DNA of 64,000 bases from the human T2T-CHM13v2.0 reference genome, Homo sapiens. The notes below the pieces were generated by a model. It did no database searches and was not told the DNA's origin. It saw only the letters and a program-made list of their open reading frames with translations. Location of the stretch: NCBI RefSeq assembly GCF_009914755.1, contig NC_060948.1. One strand, 5' to 3'. Every line of letters begins with the position of its first letter. Positions within the stretch are counted from its first letter, which is position 1. A program made the position numbers and the translations under genes. Below are positions 39,593 to 61,366 of this stretch, piece after piece.

Positions 39593-41697
39593 AGATCCAT
39601 ATTTTTTAAATGAAAAAAAATTTCAAACGTACTCTGCTTGGTACAATAATCAAATGTATAAACTGAGGAATAAAACATAACCATGAAACCTACTTATAAC
39701 TGCATATGGAAAATACAGAGGATAATTTTTTAAATAACATATTTTGAAAGCCTTAACTAGTAATTTGAAGAGTTGGCATTTGAAAGGCCAGTATGAATAT
39801 ACCTTCAAAGCAGCAACACAGGTTCCCCATGAGAAAAAGCAAACTCAGGGAAAATAAAACCACAAAGGTTCAATCTCTTCTGACCTTTGAAAGACACAGC
39901 ACAGAGAGTGGTCCTTAGGACGAAGAGCAGGAGACCCCTAATTCCGTCACCATGGCGATAGGGCATAAACACTGCTGGGTGAGGGCACAATGCACATTGT
40001 GAGGTCCAACTGCTGCCAGGAAGACAGGAGTGCTTTTACATAGACCGAAAGGTCATTGAAGGCTCAGAGTTTTGTTTCAAGAACTGAATCCCAAGCCCAC
40101 ACGTTATTAGGCTGCGCTTCTTAAAACAAGTTATGAGATGGGAAAAAGGGCACCCACAAACATACGTATACATTATGTATATAATAATATACAGTATCAT
40201 ATATATAATATATATAACCTATGTATAATATTGTTTTACATCCTGCATCTTATATTATATATATTGTTTAAAATATAATAATTGATAATATATAAGTTTT
40301 ATATTTATACAATATGACATATAGTATATATTATAATTTATGACATATATAATATATGTTACATATCATATATAGAATATATTATACGGTTAATATACGT
40401 ATTAAATATAAATTATACATTATATATATTATATATAATATGTCTTTTATATCTAATACCCATTATGCATAATATATATATTATGTCTATGTTATATATA
40501 GTATAAAACAACATATAATAATATATAATTGTATGTATAAAATGCGACATATAATATATATTATATTTTATAACATATGTAATATATATTATATATTATA
40601 TATAATACATTGTATGTATAATACCTATAATAAATATATATTATATGACTAAGTTATTAATTACATGTCACATGTGTTATATATTATATATTTTACATAG
40701 AATATACCGGTTACATACAATATATACCATGTTACCTATAATGTATAATTTATTACATGTAAAATAAAGAATGCAATATATTATGTATAATTTATAATAT
40801 ACAATATGTGGAATGTGATATATATAACATATAATATATGATATATGATATACAGTATATGATATATAACATAAAATATATGATACCTAATATATATGGT
40901 ATACAATATATATTTTATGATATGTATTCTATATGTTTTATATTCTGTTATATATAACTATTTGAAATTATATATAACTGTATAATATTTTATGTAAATA
41001 TGTAATATAATATATATAACTATATAATATATTATATATAACTATATATTATGTTATATATACTTTTATAACATAATTTACATGAAATATCATAATATAA
41101 TATATATTATATTATTTCATATTACATAATATATATTACATATCACCCAATATAACTAACATACATAATATTATAATATAGATTATATTATGTTATATTA
41201 AATATCATATATCTCATGTATCATATATTCTATAATATATATTACACATTATATAATATGTATGTTGTCTATTATGTGATATATATAACTATATATATAA
41301 TTATATTTTTATACATATAACTAGATAAACATGTAATTCTACATATTTTCATTTATAATATGTAGAATTATATAATCATATATAATTATTTATATTCTAT
41401 AAAAAATTATATCATTATATAAATTATAATATATAAAAATTATAATATGTACTACAAATATATATATTATATATCATATATGATATAGTACCTTTGTTAT
41501 ATATCATAATACATATAAATGTGTATTATGTTATCTATAATTATATAATTTCATATATAAGATGTATAATATTTATTATATATTATATATGTTATGTAAT
41601 ATATATAGTATATATAAGATGACACAGGATAAATATTATATACTATGACATATAAAATATATGAGGTTATATGTTACATATAAGGCATAGCACATAA

Positions 41698-42012
<315 letters not shown>

Positions 42013-44117
42013 AGATCCATATTTTTTAAATGAAAAAAAATTTCAAAGGTACTCTGCTTGGTACAATAATCAAATGTATAAACTGAGGAATAAAACATAA
42101 CCATGAAACCTACTTATAACTGCATATGGAAAATACAGAGGATAATTTTTTAAATAACGTATTTTGAAAGCCTTAACTAGTAATTAGAAGAGTTGGCATT
42201 TGAAAGGCCAGTATGAATATACCTTCAAAGCAGCAACACAGGTTCCCCATGAGAAAAAGCAAACTCAGGGAAAATAAAACCACAAAGGTTCAATCTCTTC
42301 TGAACTTTGAAAGACACAGCACAGACAGTGGTCCTTAGGACGAAGAGCAGGAGACCCCTAATTCCGTCACCATGGCGATAGGGCATAAACACTGCTGGGT
42401 GAGGGCACAATCCACATTGTGAGGTCCAACTGCTGCCAGGAAGACAGGAGTGCTTTTACATAGACCGAAAGGTCATTGAAGGCTCAGAGTTTTGTTTCAA
42501 GAACTGAATCCCAAGCCCACACGTTATTAGGCTGCGCTTCTTAAAACAAGTTATGAGATGGGAAAAAGGGCACCCACAAACATACGTATACATTATGTAT
42601 ATAATAATATACAGTATCATATATATAATATATATAACCTATGTATAATATTGTTTTACATCCTGCATCTTATATTATATATATTGTTTAAAATATAATA
42701 ATTGATAATATATAAGTTTTATATTTATACAATATGACATATAGTATATATTATAATTAATGACATATATAATATATGTTATATATCATATATAGAATAT
42801 ATTATAAGGTTAATATACGTATTAAATATAAATTATACATTATATATATTATATATAATATATCTTTTATATCTAATACCCATTATGCATAATATATATA
42901 TTATGTCTATGTTATATATAGTATAAAACAACATATAATAATATATAATTGTATATATAAAATGCGACATATAATATATATTATATTTTATAACATATGT
43001 AATATATATTATATATTATATATAATACGTTGTTTGTATAATACCTATATTAAATATATATTATATGACTATGTTATTAATTACATGTCACATGTGTTAT
43101 ATATTATATATTTTACATAGAATATACCGGTTACATACAATATATACTATGTTACCTATAATGTATAATTTATTACATGTAAAATAAAGAATGCAATATA
43201 TTATGTATAATTTATAATATACAATATGTGGAATGTGATATATATAACATATAATATATGATATATGATATACAGTATATGATATATAACATAAAATATA
43301 TGATACCTAATATATATGGTATACAATATATATTTTATGATATGTATTCTATATGTTTTATATTCTGTTATATATAACTATTTGAAATTATATATAACTG
43401 TATAATATTTTATGTAAATATGTAATATAATATATATAACTATATAATATATTATATATAAATATATATTATGTTATATATACTTTTATAACTTAATTTA
43501 TATAAAATATCATAGTATAATATATATTATATTACTTCATATTACATAATATATATTACATATCACCCAATATAAGTAACATACATAATATTATAATATA
43601 CATTATATTATGTTATATTAAATATCATATATATCATGTATCATATATTCTATAATATATATTATACATTATATAATATGCATGTTGTCTATTATGTGAT
43701 ATATATAACTCTATATATAATTATATTATTATACATATAACTAGATAAACATGTAATTCTACATATTTTCATTTATAATATGTAGAATTATATAATCATA
43801 TATAATTATTTATATTCTATAAAAAATTTTATCATTATGTAAATTATAATATATAAAAATTATAATATGTACTACAAATATATATATTATATATCATATA
43901 TGATATAGTACCTTTGTTATATATCATAATACATATAAATGTGTATTAAGTTATCTATAATTATATAATTTCATATATAAGATGTATAATATGTATCATA
44001 TATTATATATGTTATGTAATATATATAGTATATATAAGATGACACAGGATAAATATTATATACTATGACATATAAAATATATGAGGTTATATGTTACATA
44101 TAAGGCATAGCACATAA

Positions 44118-44432
<315 letters not shown>

Positions 44433-46535
44433 AGATCCATATTTTTTAAATGAAAAAAAATTTCAAAGGTACTCTGCTTGGTACAATAATCAAATGTATA
44501 AACTGAGGAATAAAACATAACCATGAAACCTACTTATAACTGCATATGGAAAATACAGAGGATAATTTTTTAAATAACATATTTTGAAAGCCTTAACTAG
44601 TAATTTGAAGAGCTGGCATTTGAAAGGCCAGTATGAATATACCTTCAAAGCAGCAACACAGGTTCCCCATGAGAAAAAGCAAACACAGGGAAAATAAAAA
44701 CACAAAGGTTCAATCTCTTCTGACCTTTGAAAGACACAGCACAGACAGTGGTCCTTAGGACGAAGAGCAGGAGACCCCTAATTCCGTCACCATGGCGATA
44801 GGGCATAAACATTGCTGGGTGAGGGCACAATCCACATTGTGAGGTCCAACTGCTGCCAGGAAGACAGGAGTGCTTTTACATAGACCGAAAGGTCATTGAA
44901 GGCTCAGAGTTTTGTTTCAAGAACTGAATCCCAAGCCCACACGTAATTAGGCTGCGCTTCTTAAAACAAGTTATGAGATGGGAAAAAGGGCACCCACAAA
45001 CATACGTATACATTATGTATATAATAATATACAGTATCATATATATAATATATATAACCTATGTATAATATTGTTTTACATCCTGCATCTTGTTATATAT
45101 ATTGTATAAAATATAATAATTGATAATATATAAGTTTTATATTTATACAATATGACATATAGTATATATTATAATTTATGACATATATAATATATGTTAT
45201 ATATCATATATAGAATATATTATACGGTTAATATACGTATTAAATATAAATTATACATTATATATATTATATATAATATATCTGTTATATATAATACCCA
45301 TTATGCATGATATATATATTATGTCTATGTTATATATAGTATAAAACAACATATAATAATATATAATTGTATATATAAAATGCGACATATAATATATATT
45401 ATATTTTATAACATATGTAATATATATTATATATTATATATAATACGTTGTATGTATAATACCTATATTGAATATATATTATATGACTATGTTATTAATT
45501 CCATGTCACATGTGTTATATATTATATATTTTACATAGAATATACCGGTTACATACAATATATACTATGTTACCTATAATGTATAATTTATTACATGTAA
45601 AATAAAGAATGCAATATATTATGTATAATTTATAATATACAATATGTGGAATGTGATATATATAACATATAATATATGATATATGATATACAGTATATGA
45701 TATATAACATACAATATATGATTCCTAATATATATGGTATACAATATATATTTTATGATAGGTATTCTATATGTTTTATATTCTGTTATATATAACTATT
45801 TGAAATTATATATAACTGTATAATATTTTATGTAAATATGTAATATAATATATATAACTATATAATATATTATAGATAACTATATATTATGTTATATATA
45901 CTTTTATAACATAATTTACATAAAATATCATAATATAATATATATTATATTATTTCATATTACATAATATATATTACATATCACCCAATATAACTAACAT
46001 ACATAATATTATAATATAGATTATATTATGTTATATTAAATATCATATATGTCATGTATCATATATTCTATAATATATATTACACATTATATAATATGTA
46101 TGTTGTCTATTATGTGATATATATAACTATATATATAATTATATTATTATACATATAACTAGATAAACATGTAATTCTACATATTTTCATTTATAATATG
46201 TAGAATTATATAATCATATATAATTATTTATATTCTATAAAAAATTTTATCATTATATAAATTATAATATATAAAAATTATAATATGTACTACAAATATA
46301 TATATTATATATCATATATGATATAGTACCTTTGTTATATATCATAATACATATAAATGTGTATTAAGTTATCTATAATTATATAATTTCATATATAAGA
46401 TGTATAATATGTATCATATATTATATATGTTATGTAATATATATAGTATATATAAGATGACACAGGATAAATATTATATACTATGACATATAAAATATAT
46501 GAGGTTATATGTTACATATAAGGCATAGCACATAA

Positions 46536-46850
<315 letters not shown>

Positions 46851-48955
46851 AGATCCATATTTTTTAAATGAAAAAAAATTTCAAAGGTACTCTGCTTGGT
46901 ACAATAATCAAATGTATAAACTGAGGAATGAAACATAACCATGAAACCTACTTATAACTGCATATGGAAAATACAGAGGATAATTTTTTAAATAACATAT
47001 TTTGAAAGCCTTAACTAGTAATTTGAAGAGTTGGCATTTGAAAGGCCAGTATGAATATACCTTCAAAGCAGCAACACAGGTTCCCCATGAGAAAAAGCAA
47101 ACACAGGGAAAATAAAAACACAAAGGTTCAATCTCTTCTGACCTTTGAAAGACACAGCACAGACAGTGGTCCTTAGGACGAAGAGCAGGAGACCCCTAAT
47201 TCCGTCACCATGGCGATAGGGCATAAACATTGCTGGGTGAGGGCACAATCCACATTGTGAGGTCCAACTGCTGCCAGGAAGACAGGAGTGCTTTTACATA
47301 GACCGAAAGGTCATTGAAGGCTCAGAGTTTTGTTTCAAGAACTGAATCCCAAGCCCACACGTTATTAGGCTGCGCTTCTTAAAACAAGTTATGAGATGGG
47401 AAAAAGGGCACCCACAAACATACGTATACATTATGTATATAATAATATACAGTATCATATATATAATATATATAACCTATGTATAATATTGTTTTACATC
47501 CTGCATCTTATGTTATATATATTGTATAAAATATAATAATTGATAATATATAAGTTTTATATTTATACAATATGACATATAGTATATATTATAATTTATG
47601 ACATATATAATATATGTTATATGTCATATATAGAATATATTATACGGTTAATATACGTATTAAATATAAATTATACATTATATATATTATATATAATATA
47701 TCTGTTATATATAATACCCATTATGCATAATATATATATTATGTCTATGTTATATATAGTATAAAACAACATATAATAATATATAATTGTATATATAAAA
47801 TGCGACATATAATATATATTATATTTTATAACATATGTAATATATATTATATATTATATATAATACGTTGTATGTATAATACCTATATTAAATATATATT
47901 ATATGACTATGTTATTAATTACATGTCACATGTCTTATATATTATATATTTTACATAGAATATACCGCTTACATACAATATATACTATGTTACCTATAAT
48001 GTATATTTTATTACATGTAAAATAAAGAATGCAATATATTATGTATAATTTATAATATACCATATGTGGAATGTGATATATATAACATATAATATATGAT
48101 ATATGATATACAGTGTATGATATATAACATACAATATATGATTCCTAATATATATGGTATACAATATATATTTTATGATATGTATTCTATATGTTTTATA
48201 TTCTGTTATATATAACTATTTGAAATTATATATAACTGTATAATATTTTATGTAAATATGTAATATAATATATATAACTATATAATATATTATATATAAC
48301 TATATATTATGTTATATATACTTTTATAACATAATTTACATAAAATATCATAATATAATATATATTATATTATTTCATATTACATAATATATATTACATA
48401 TCACCCAATATAAGTAACATACATAATATTATAATATCGATTATATTATGTTATATTAAATATCATATATGTCATGTATCATATATTCTATAATATATAT
48501 TACACATTATATAATATGTATGTTGTCTATTATGTGATATATATAACTATATATATAATTATATTATTATACATATAACTAGATAAACATGTAATTCTAC
48601 ATATTTTCATTTATAATATGTAGAATTATATAATCATATATAATTATTTATATTCTATAAAAAAATTTATCATTATATAAATTATAATATATAAAAATTA
48701 TAATATGTACTACAAATATATATATTATATATCATATATGATATAGTACCTTTGTTATATATCATAATACATATAAATGTGTATTAAGTTATCTATAATT
48801 ATATAATTTCATATATAAGATGTATAATATGTATCATATATTATATATGTTATGTAATATATATAGTATATATAAGATGACACAGGATAAATATTATATA
48901 CTATGACATATAAAATATATGAGGTTATATGTTAAATATAAGGCATAGCACATAA

Positions 48956-49270
<315 letters not shown>

Positions 49271-51375
49271 AGATCCATATTTTTTAAATGAAAAAAAATT
49301 TCAAAGGTACTCTGCTTGGTACAATAATCAAATGTATAAACTGAGGAATGAAACATAACCATGAAACCTACTTATAACGGCATATGGAAAATACAGAGGA
49401 TAATTTTTTAAATAACATATTTTGAAAGCCTTAACTAGTAATTTGAAGAGTTGGCATTTGAAAGGCCAGTATGAATATACCTTCAAAGCAGCAACACAGG
49501 TTCCCCATGAGAAAAAGCAAACACAGGGAAAATAAAAACACAAAGGTTCAATCTCTTCTGACCTTTGAAAGACACAGCACAGACAGTGGTCCTTAGGACG
49601 AAGAGCAGGAGACCCCTAATTCCGTCACCATGGCGATAGGGCATAAACATTGCTGGGTGAGGGCACAATCCACATTGTGAGGTCCAACTGCTGCCAGGAA
49701 GACAGGAGTGCTTTTACATAGACCGAAATGTCATTGAAGGCTCAGAGTTTTGTTTCAAGAACTGAATCCCAAGCCCACACGTTATTAGGCTGCGCTTCTT
49801 AAAACAAGTTATGACATGGGAAAAAGGGCACCCACAAACATACGTATACATTATGTATATAATAATATACAGTATCATATATATAATATATATAACCTAT
49901 GTATAATATTGTTTTACATCCTGCATCTTATGTTATATATATTGTATAAAATATAATAATTGATAATATATAAGTTTTATATTTATACAATATGACATAT
50001 AGTATATATTATAATTTATGACATATATAATATATGTTATATGTCATATATAGAATATATTATACGGTTAATATACGTATTAAATATAAATTATACATTA
50101 TATATATTATATATAATATATCTGTTATATATAATACCCATTATGCATGATATATATATTATGTCTATGTTATATATAGTATAAAACAACATATAATAAT
50201 ATATAATTGTATATATAAAATGCGACATATAATATATATTATATTTTATAACATATGTAATATATATTATATATTATATATAATACGTTGTATGTATAAT
50301 ACCTATATTAAATATATATTATATGACTATGTTATTAATTACATGTCACATGTCTTATATATTATATATTTTACATAGAATATAACGCTTACATACAATA
50401 TATACTATGTTACCTATAATGTATAATTTATTACATGTAAAATAAAGAATGCAATATATTATGTATAATTTATAATATACAATATGTGGAATGTGATATA
50501 TGTAACATATAATATATGATATATGATATACAGTATATGATATATAACATACAATATATGATTCCTAATATATATGGTATACAATATATATTTTATGACA
50601 TGTATTCTATATGTTTTATATTCTGTTATATATAACTATTTGAAATTATATATAACTGTATAATATTTTATGTAAATATGTAATATAATATATATAACTA
50701 TATAATATATTATAGATAACTATATATTATGTTATATATACTTTTATAACATAATTTACATAAAATATCATAATATAATATATATTATATTATTTCATAT
50801 TACATAATATATATTACATATCACCCAATATAACTAACATACATAATATTATAATATAGATTATATTATGTTATATTAAATATCATATATATCATGTATC
50901 ATATATTCTATAATATATATTACACATTACATAATATGTATGTTGTCTACTATGTGATATATATAACTCTATATATAATTATATTATTATACATATAACT
51001 AGATAAACATGTAATTCTACATATTTTCATTTATAATATGTAGAATTATATAATCATATATAATTATTTATATTCTATAAAAAATTTTATCATTCTATAA
51101 ATTATAATATATAAAAATTATCATATGTACTACAAATATATATATTGTATATCATATATGATATAGTACCTTTGTTATATATCATAATACATATAAATGT
51201 GTATTATGTTATCTATAATTATATAATTTCATATATAAGATGTATAATATGTATCATATATTATATATATTATGTAATATATATAGTATATATAAGATGA
51301 CACAGGATAAATATTATATACTATGACATATAAAATATATGAGGTTATATGTTACATATAAGGCATAGCACATAA

Positions 51376-51690
<315 letters not shown>

Positions 51691-53793
51691 AGATCCATAT
51701 TTTTTAAATGAAAAAAAATTTCAAAGGTACTCTGCTTGGTAGAATAATCAAATGTATAAACTGAGGAATAAAACATAATCATGAAACCTACTTATAACGG
51801 CATATGGAAAATACAGAGGATAATTTTTTAAATAACATATTTTGAAAGCCTTAACTAGTAATTTGAAGAGCTGGCATTTGAAAGGCCAGTATGAATATAC
51901 CTTCAAAGCAGCAACACAGGTTCCCCATGAGAAAAAGCAAACACAGGGAAAATAAAAACACAAAGGTTCAATCTCTTCTGACCTTTGAAAGACACAGCAC
52001 AGACAGTGGTCCTTAGGACGAAGAGCAGGAGACCCCTAATTCCGTCACCATGGCGATAGGGCATAAACACTGCTGGGTGAGGGCACAATCCACATTGTGA
52101 GGTCCAACTGCTGCCAGGAAGACAGGAGTGCTTTTACATAGACCGAAAGGTCATTGAAGGCTCAGAGTTTTGTTTCAAGAACTGAATCCCAAGCCCACAC
52201 GTTATTAGGCTGCGCATCTTAAAACAAGTTATGAGATGGGAAAAAGGGCACCCACAAACATACGTATACATTATGTATATAATAATATACAGTATCATAT
52301 ATATAATATATATAACCTATGTATAATATTGTTTTACATCCTGCATCTTGTTATATATATTGTATAAAATATAATAATTGATAATATATAAGTTTTATAT
52401 TTATACAATATGACATATAGTATATATTATAATTTATGACATATATAATATATGTTATATATCATATATAGAATATATTATACGGTTAATATACGTATTA
52501 AATATAAATTATACATTATATATATTATATATAATATATCTGTTATATATAATACCCATTATGCATGATATATATATTATGTCTATGTTATATATAGTAT
52601 AAAACAACATATAATAATATATAATTGTATATATAAAATGCGGCATATAATATATATTATATTTTATAACATATGTAATATATATTATATATTATATATA
52701 ATACGTTGTATGTCTAATACCTATATTAAATATATATTATATGACTATGTTATTAATTACATGTCACATGTGTTATATATTATATATTTTACATAGAATA
52801 TACCGGTTACATACAATATATACTATGTTACCTATAATGTATAATTTATTACATGTAAAATAAAGAATGCAATATATTATGTATAATTTATAATATACAA
52901 TATGTGGAATGTGATATATATAACATATAATATATGATATATGATATACAGTATATGATATATAACATACAATATATGATTCCTAATATATATGGTATAC
53001 AATATATATTTTATGACATGTATTCTATATGTTTTATATTCTGTTATATATAACTATTTGAAATTATATATAACTGTATAATATTTTATGTAAATATGTA
53101 ATATAATATATATAACTATATAATATATTATAGATAACTATATATTATGTTATATATACTTTTATAACATAATTTACATCAAATATCATAATATAATATA
53201 TATTATATTATTTCATATTACATAATATATATTACATATCACCCAATATAACTAACATACATAATATTATAATATAGATTATATTATGTTATATTAAATA
53301 TCATATATATCATGTATCATATATTCTATAATATATATTACACATTATATAATATGTATGTTGTCTATTATGTGATATATATAACTCTATATATAATTAT
53401 ATTATTATACATATAACTAGATAAACATGTAATTCTACATATTTTCATTTATAATATGTAGAATTATATAATCATATATAATTATTTATATTCTATAAAA
53501 AATTTTATCATTATATAAATTATAATATATAAAAATTATAATATGTACTACAAATATATATATTATATATCATATATGATATAGTACCTTTGTTATATAT
53601 CATAATACATATAAATGTGTATTAAGTTATCTATAATTATATAATTTCATATATAAGATGTATAATATGTATCATATATTATATATGTTATGTAATATAT
53701 ATAGTATATATAAGATGACACAGGATAAATATTATATACTATGACATATAAAATATATGAGGTTATATGTTACATATAAGGCATAGCACATAA

Positions 53794-54108
<315 letters not shown>

Positions 54109-56213
54109 AGATCCATATTTTTTAAATGAAAAAAAATTTCAAACGTACTCTGCTTGGTACAATAATCAAATGTATAAACTGAGGAATAAAACATAACCAT
54201 GAAACCTACTTATAACTGCATATGGAAAATACAGAGGATAATTTTTTAAATAACATATTTTGAAAGCCTTAACTAGTAATTTGAAGAGTTGGCATTTGAA
54301 AGGCCAGTATGAATATACCTTCAAAGCAGCAACACAGGTTCCCCATGAGAAAAAGCAAACTCAGGGAAAATAAAACCACAAAGGTTCAATCTCTTCTGAC
54401 CTTTGAAAGACACAGCACAGAGAGTGGTCCTTAGGACGAAGAGCAGGAGACCCCTAATTCCGTCACCATGGCGATAGGGCATAAACACTGCTGGGTGAGG
54501 GCACAATGCACATTGTGAGGTCCAACTGCTGCCAGGAAGACAGGAGTGCTTTTACATAGACCGAAAGGTCATTGAAGGCTCAGAGTTTTGTTTCAAGAAC
54601 TGAATCCCAAGCCCACACGTTATTAGGCTGCGCTTCTTAAAACAAGTTATGAGATGGGAAAAAGGGCACCCACAAACATACGTATACATTATGTATATAA
54701 TAATATACAGTATCATATATATAATATATATAACCTATGTATAATATTGTTTTACATCCTGCATCTTATATTATATATATTGTTTAAAATATAATAATTG
54801 ATAATATATAAGTTTTATATTTATACAATATGACATATAGTATATATTATAATTTATGACATATATAATATATGTTACATATCATATATAGAATATATTA
54901 TACGGTTAATATACGTATTAAATATAAATTATACATTATATATATTATATATAATATGTCTTTTATATCTAATACCCATTATGCATAATATATATATTAT
55001 GTCTATGTTATATATAGTATAAAACAACATATAATAATATATAATTGTATGTATAAAATGCGACATATAATATATATTATATTTTATAACATATGTAATA
55101 TATATTATATATTATATATAATACATTGTATGTATAATACCTATAATAAATATATATTATATGACTAAGTTATTAATTACATGTCACATGTGTTATATAT
55201 TATATATTTTACATAGAATATACCGGTTACATACAATATATACCATGTTACCTATAATGTATAATTTATTACATGTAAAATAAAGAATGCAATATATTAT
55301 GTATAATTTATAATATACAATATGTGGAATGTGATATATATAACATATAATATATGATATATGATATACAGTATATGATATATAACATAAAATATATGAT
55401 ACCTAATATATATGGTATACAATATATATTTTATGATATGTATTCTATATGTTTTATATTCTGTTATATATAACTATTTGAAATTATATATAACTGTATA
55501 ATATTTTATGTAAATATGTAATATAATATATATAACTATATAATATATTATATATAACTATATATTATGTTATATATACTTTTATAACATAATTTACATG
55601 AAATATCATAATATAATATATATTATATTATTTCATATTACATAATATATATTACATATCACCCAATATAACTAACATACATAATATTATAATATAGATT
55701 ATATTATGTTATATTAAATATCATATATATCATGTATCATATATTCTATAATATATATTACACATTATATAATATGTATGTTGTCTATTATGTGATATAT
55801 ATAACTATATATATAATTATATTTTTATACATATAACTAGATAAACATGTAATTCTACATATTTTCATTTATAATATGTAGAATTATATAATCATATATA
55901 ATTATTTATATTCTATAAAAAATTATGTCATTATATAAATTATAATATATAAAAATTATAATATGTACTACAAATATATATATTATATATCATATATGAT
56001 ATAGTACCTTTGTTATATATCATAATACATATAAATGTGTATTATGTTATCTATAATTATATAATTTCATATATAAGATGTATAATATTTATTATATATT
56101 ATATATGTTATGTAATATATATAGTATATATAAGATGACACAGGATAAATATTATATACTATGACATATAAAATATATGAGGTTATATGTTACATATAAG
56201 GCATAGCACATAA

Positions 56214-56528
<315 letters not shown>

Positions 56529-58633
56529 AGATCCATATTTTTTAAATGAAAAAAAATTTCAAAGGTACTCTGCTTGGTACAATAATCAAATGTATAAACT
56601 GAGGAATAAAACATAACCATGAAACCTACTTATAACTGCATATGGAAAATACAGAGGATAATTTTTTAAATAACGTATTTTGAAAGCCTTAACTAGTAAT
56701 TAGAAGAGTTGGCATTTGAAAGGCCAGTATGAATATACCTTCAAAGCAGCAACACAGGTTCCCCATGAGAAAAAGCAAACTCAGGGAAAATAAAACCACA
56801 AAGGTTCAATCTCTTCTGAACTTTGAAAGACACAGCACAGACAGTGGTCCTTAGGACGAAGAGCAGGAGACCCCTAATTCCGTCACCATGGCGATAGGGC
56901 ATAAACACTGCTGGGTGAGGGCACAATCCACATTGTGAGGTCCAACTGCTGCCAGGAAGACAGGAGTGCTTTTACATAGACCGAAAGGTCATTGAAGGCT
57001 CAGAGTTTTGTTTCAAGAACTGAATCCCAAGCCCACACGTTATTAGGCTGCGCTTCTTAAAACAAGTTATGAGATGGGAAAAAGGGCACCCACAAACATA
57101 CGTATACATTATGTATATAATAATATACAGTATCATATATATAATATATATAACCTATGTATAATATTGTTTTACATCCTGCATCTTATATTATATATAT
57201 TGTTTAAAATATAATAATTGATAATATATAAGTTTTATATTTATACAATATGACATATAGTATATATTATAATTAATGACATATATAATATATGTTATAT
57301 ATCATATATAGAATATATTATAAGGTTAATATACGTATTAAATATAAATTATACATTATATATATTATATATAATATATCTTTTATATCTAATACCCATT
57401 ATGCATAATATATATATTATGTCTATGTTATATATAGTATAAAACAACATATAATAATATATAATTGTATATATAAAATGCGACATATAATATATATTAT
57501 ATTTTATAACATATGTAATATATATTATATATTATATATAATACGTTGTTTGTATAATACCTATATTAAATATATATTATATGACTATGTTATTAATTAC
57601 ATGTCACATGTGTTATATATTATATATTTTACATAGAATATACCGGTTACATACAATATATACTATGTTACCTATAATGTATAATTTATTACATGTAAAA
57701 TAAAGAATGCAATATATTATGTATAATTTATAATATACAATATGTGGAATGTGATATATATAACATATAATATATGATATATGATATACAGTATATGATA
57801 TATAACATAAAATATATGATACCTAATATATATGGTATACAATATATATTTTATGATATGTATTCTATATGTTTTATATTCTGTTATATATAACTATTTG
57901 AAATTATATATAACTGTATAATATTTTATGTAAATATGTAATATAATATATATAACTATATAATATATTATATATAAATATATATTATGTTATATATACT
58001 TTTATAACTTAATTTATATAAAATATCATAGTATAATATATATTATATTACTTCATATTACATAATATATATTACATATCACCCAATATAAGTAACATAC
58101 ATAATATTATAATATACATTATATTATGTTATATTAAATATCATATATATCATGTATCATATATTCTATAATATATATTATACATTATATAATATGCATG
58201 TTGTCTATTATGTGATATATATAACTCTATATATAATTATATTATTATACATATAACTAGATAAACATGTAATTCTACATATTTTCATTTATAATATGTA
58301 GAATTATATAATCATATATAATTATTTATATTCTATAAAAAATTTTATCATTATGTAAATTATAATATATAAAAATTATAATATGTACTACAAATATATA
58401 TATTATATATCATATATGATATAGTACCTTTGTTATATATCATAATACATATAAATGTGTATTAAGTTATCTATAATTATATAATTTCATATATAAGATG
58501 TATAATATGTATCATATATTATATATGTTATGTAATATATATAGTATATATAAGATGACACAGGATAAATATTATATACTATGACATATAAAATATATGA
58601 GGTTATATGTTACATATAAGGCATAGCACATAA

Positions 58634-58948
<315 letters not shown>

Positions 58949-61051
58949 AGATCCATATTTTTTAAATGAAAAAAAATTTCAAAGGTACTCTGCTTGGTAC
59001 AATAATCAAATGTATAAACTGAGGAATAAAACATAACCATGAAACCTACTTATAACTGCATATGGAAAATACAGAGGATAATTTTTTAAATAACATATTT
59101 TGAAAGCCTTAACTAGTAATTTGAAGAGCTGGCATTTGAAAGGCCAGTATGAATATACCTTCAAAGCAGCAACACAGGTTCCCCATGAGAAAAAGCAAAC
59201 ACAGGGAAAATAAAAACACAAAGGTTCAATCTCTTCTGACCTTTGAAAGACACAGCACAGACAGTGGTCCTTAGGACGAAGAGCAGGAGACCCCTAATTC
59301 CGTCACCATGGCGATAGGGCATAAACATTGCTGGGTGAGGGCACAATCCACATTGTGAGGTCCAACTGCTGCCAGGAAGACAGGAGTGCTTTTACATAGA
59401 CCGAAAGGTCATTGAAGGCTCAGAGTTTTGTTTCAAGAACTGAATCCCAAGCCCACACGTAATTAGGCTGCGCTTCTTAAAACAAGTTATGAGATGGGAA
59501 AAAGGGCACCCACAAACATACGTATACATTATGTATATAATAATATACAGTATCATATATATAATATATATAACCTATGTATAATATTGTTTTACATCCT
59601 GCATCTTGTTATATATATTGTATAAAATATAATAATTGATAATATATAAGTTTTATATTTATACAATATGACATATAGTATATATTATAATTTATGACAT
59701 ATATAATATATGTTATATATCATATATAGAATATATTATACGGTTAATATACGTATTAAATATAAATTATACATTATATATATTATATATAATATATCTG
59801 TTATATATAATACCCATTATGCATGATATATATATTATGTCTATGTTATATATAGTATAAAACAACATATAATAATATATAATTGTATATATAAAATGCG
59901 ACATATAATATATATTATATTTTATAACATATGTAATATATATTATATATTATATATAATACGTTGTATGTATAATACCTATATTAAATATATATTATAT
60001 GACTATGTTATTAATTCCATGTCACATGTGTTATATATTATATATTTTACATAGAATATACCGGTTACATACAATATATACTATGTTACCTATAATGTAT
60101 AATTTATTACATGTAAAATAAAGAATGCAATATATTATGTATAATTTATAATATACAATATGTGGAATGTGATATATATAACATATAATATATGATATAT
60201 GATATACAGTATATGATATATAACATACAATATATGATTCCTAATATATATGGTATACAATATATATTTTATGATAGGTATTCTATATGTTTTATATTCT
60301 GTTATATATAACTATTTGAAATTATATATAACTGTATAATATTTTATGTAAATATGTAATATAATATATATAACTATATAATATATTATAGATAACTATA
60401 TATTATGTTATATATACTTTTATAACATAATTTACATAAAATATCATAATATAATATATATTATATTATTTCATATTACATAATATATATTACATATCAC
60501 CCAATATAACTAACATACATAATATTATAATATAGATTATATTATGTTATATTAAATATCATATATGTCATGTATCATATATTCTATAATATATATTACA
60601 CATTATATAATATGTATGTTGTCTATTATGTGATATATATAACTATATATATAATTATATTATTATACATATAACTAGATAAACATGTAATTCTACATAT
60701 TTTCATTTATAATATGTAGAATTATATAATCATATATAATTATTTATATTCTATAAAAAATTTTATCATTATATAAATTATAATATATAAAAATTATAAT
60801 ATGTACTACAAATATATATATTATATATCATATATGATATAGTACCTTTGTTATATATCATAATACATATAAATGTGTATTAAGTTATCTATAATTATAT
60901 AATTTCATATATAAGATGTATAATATGTATCATATATTATATATGTTATGTAATATATATAGTATATATAAGATGACACAGGATAAATATTATATACTAT
61001 GACATATAAAATATATGAGGTTATATGTTACATATAAGGCATAGCACATAA

Positions 61052-61366
<315 letters not shown>
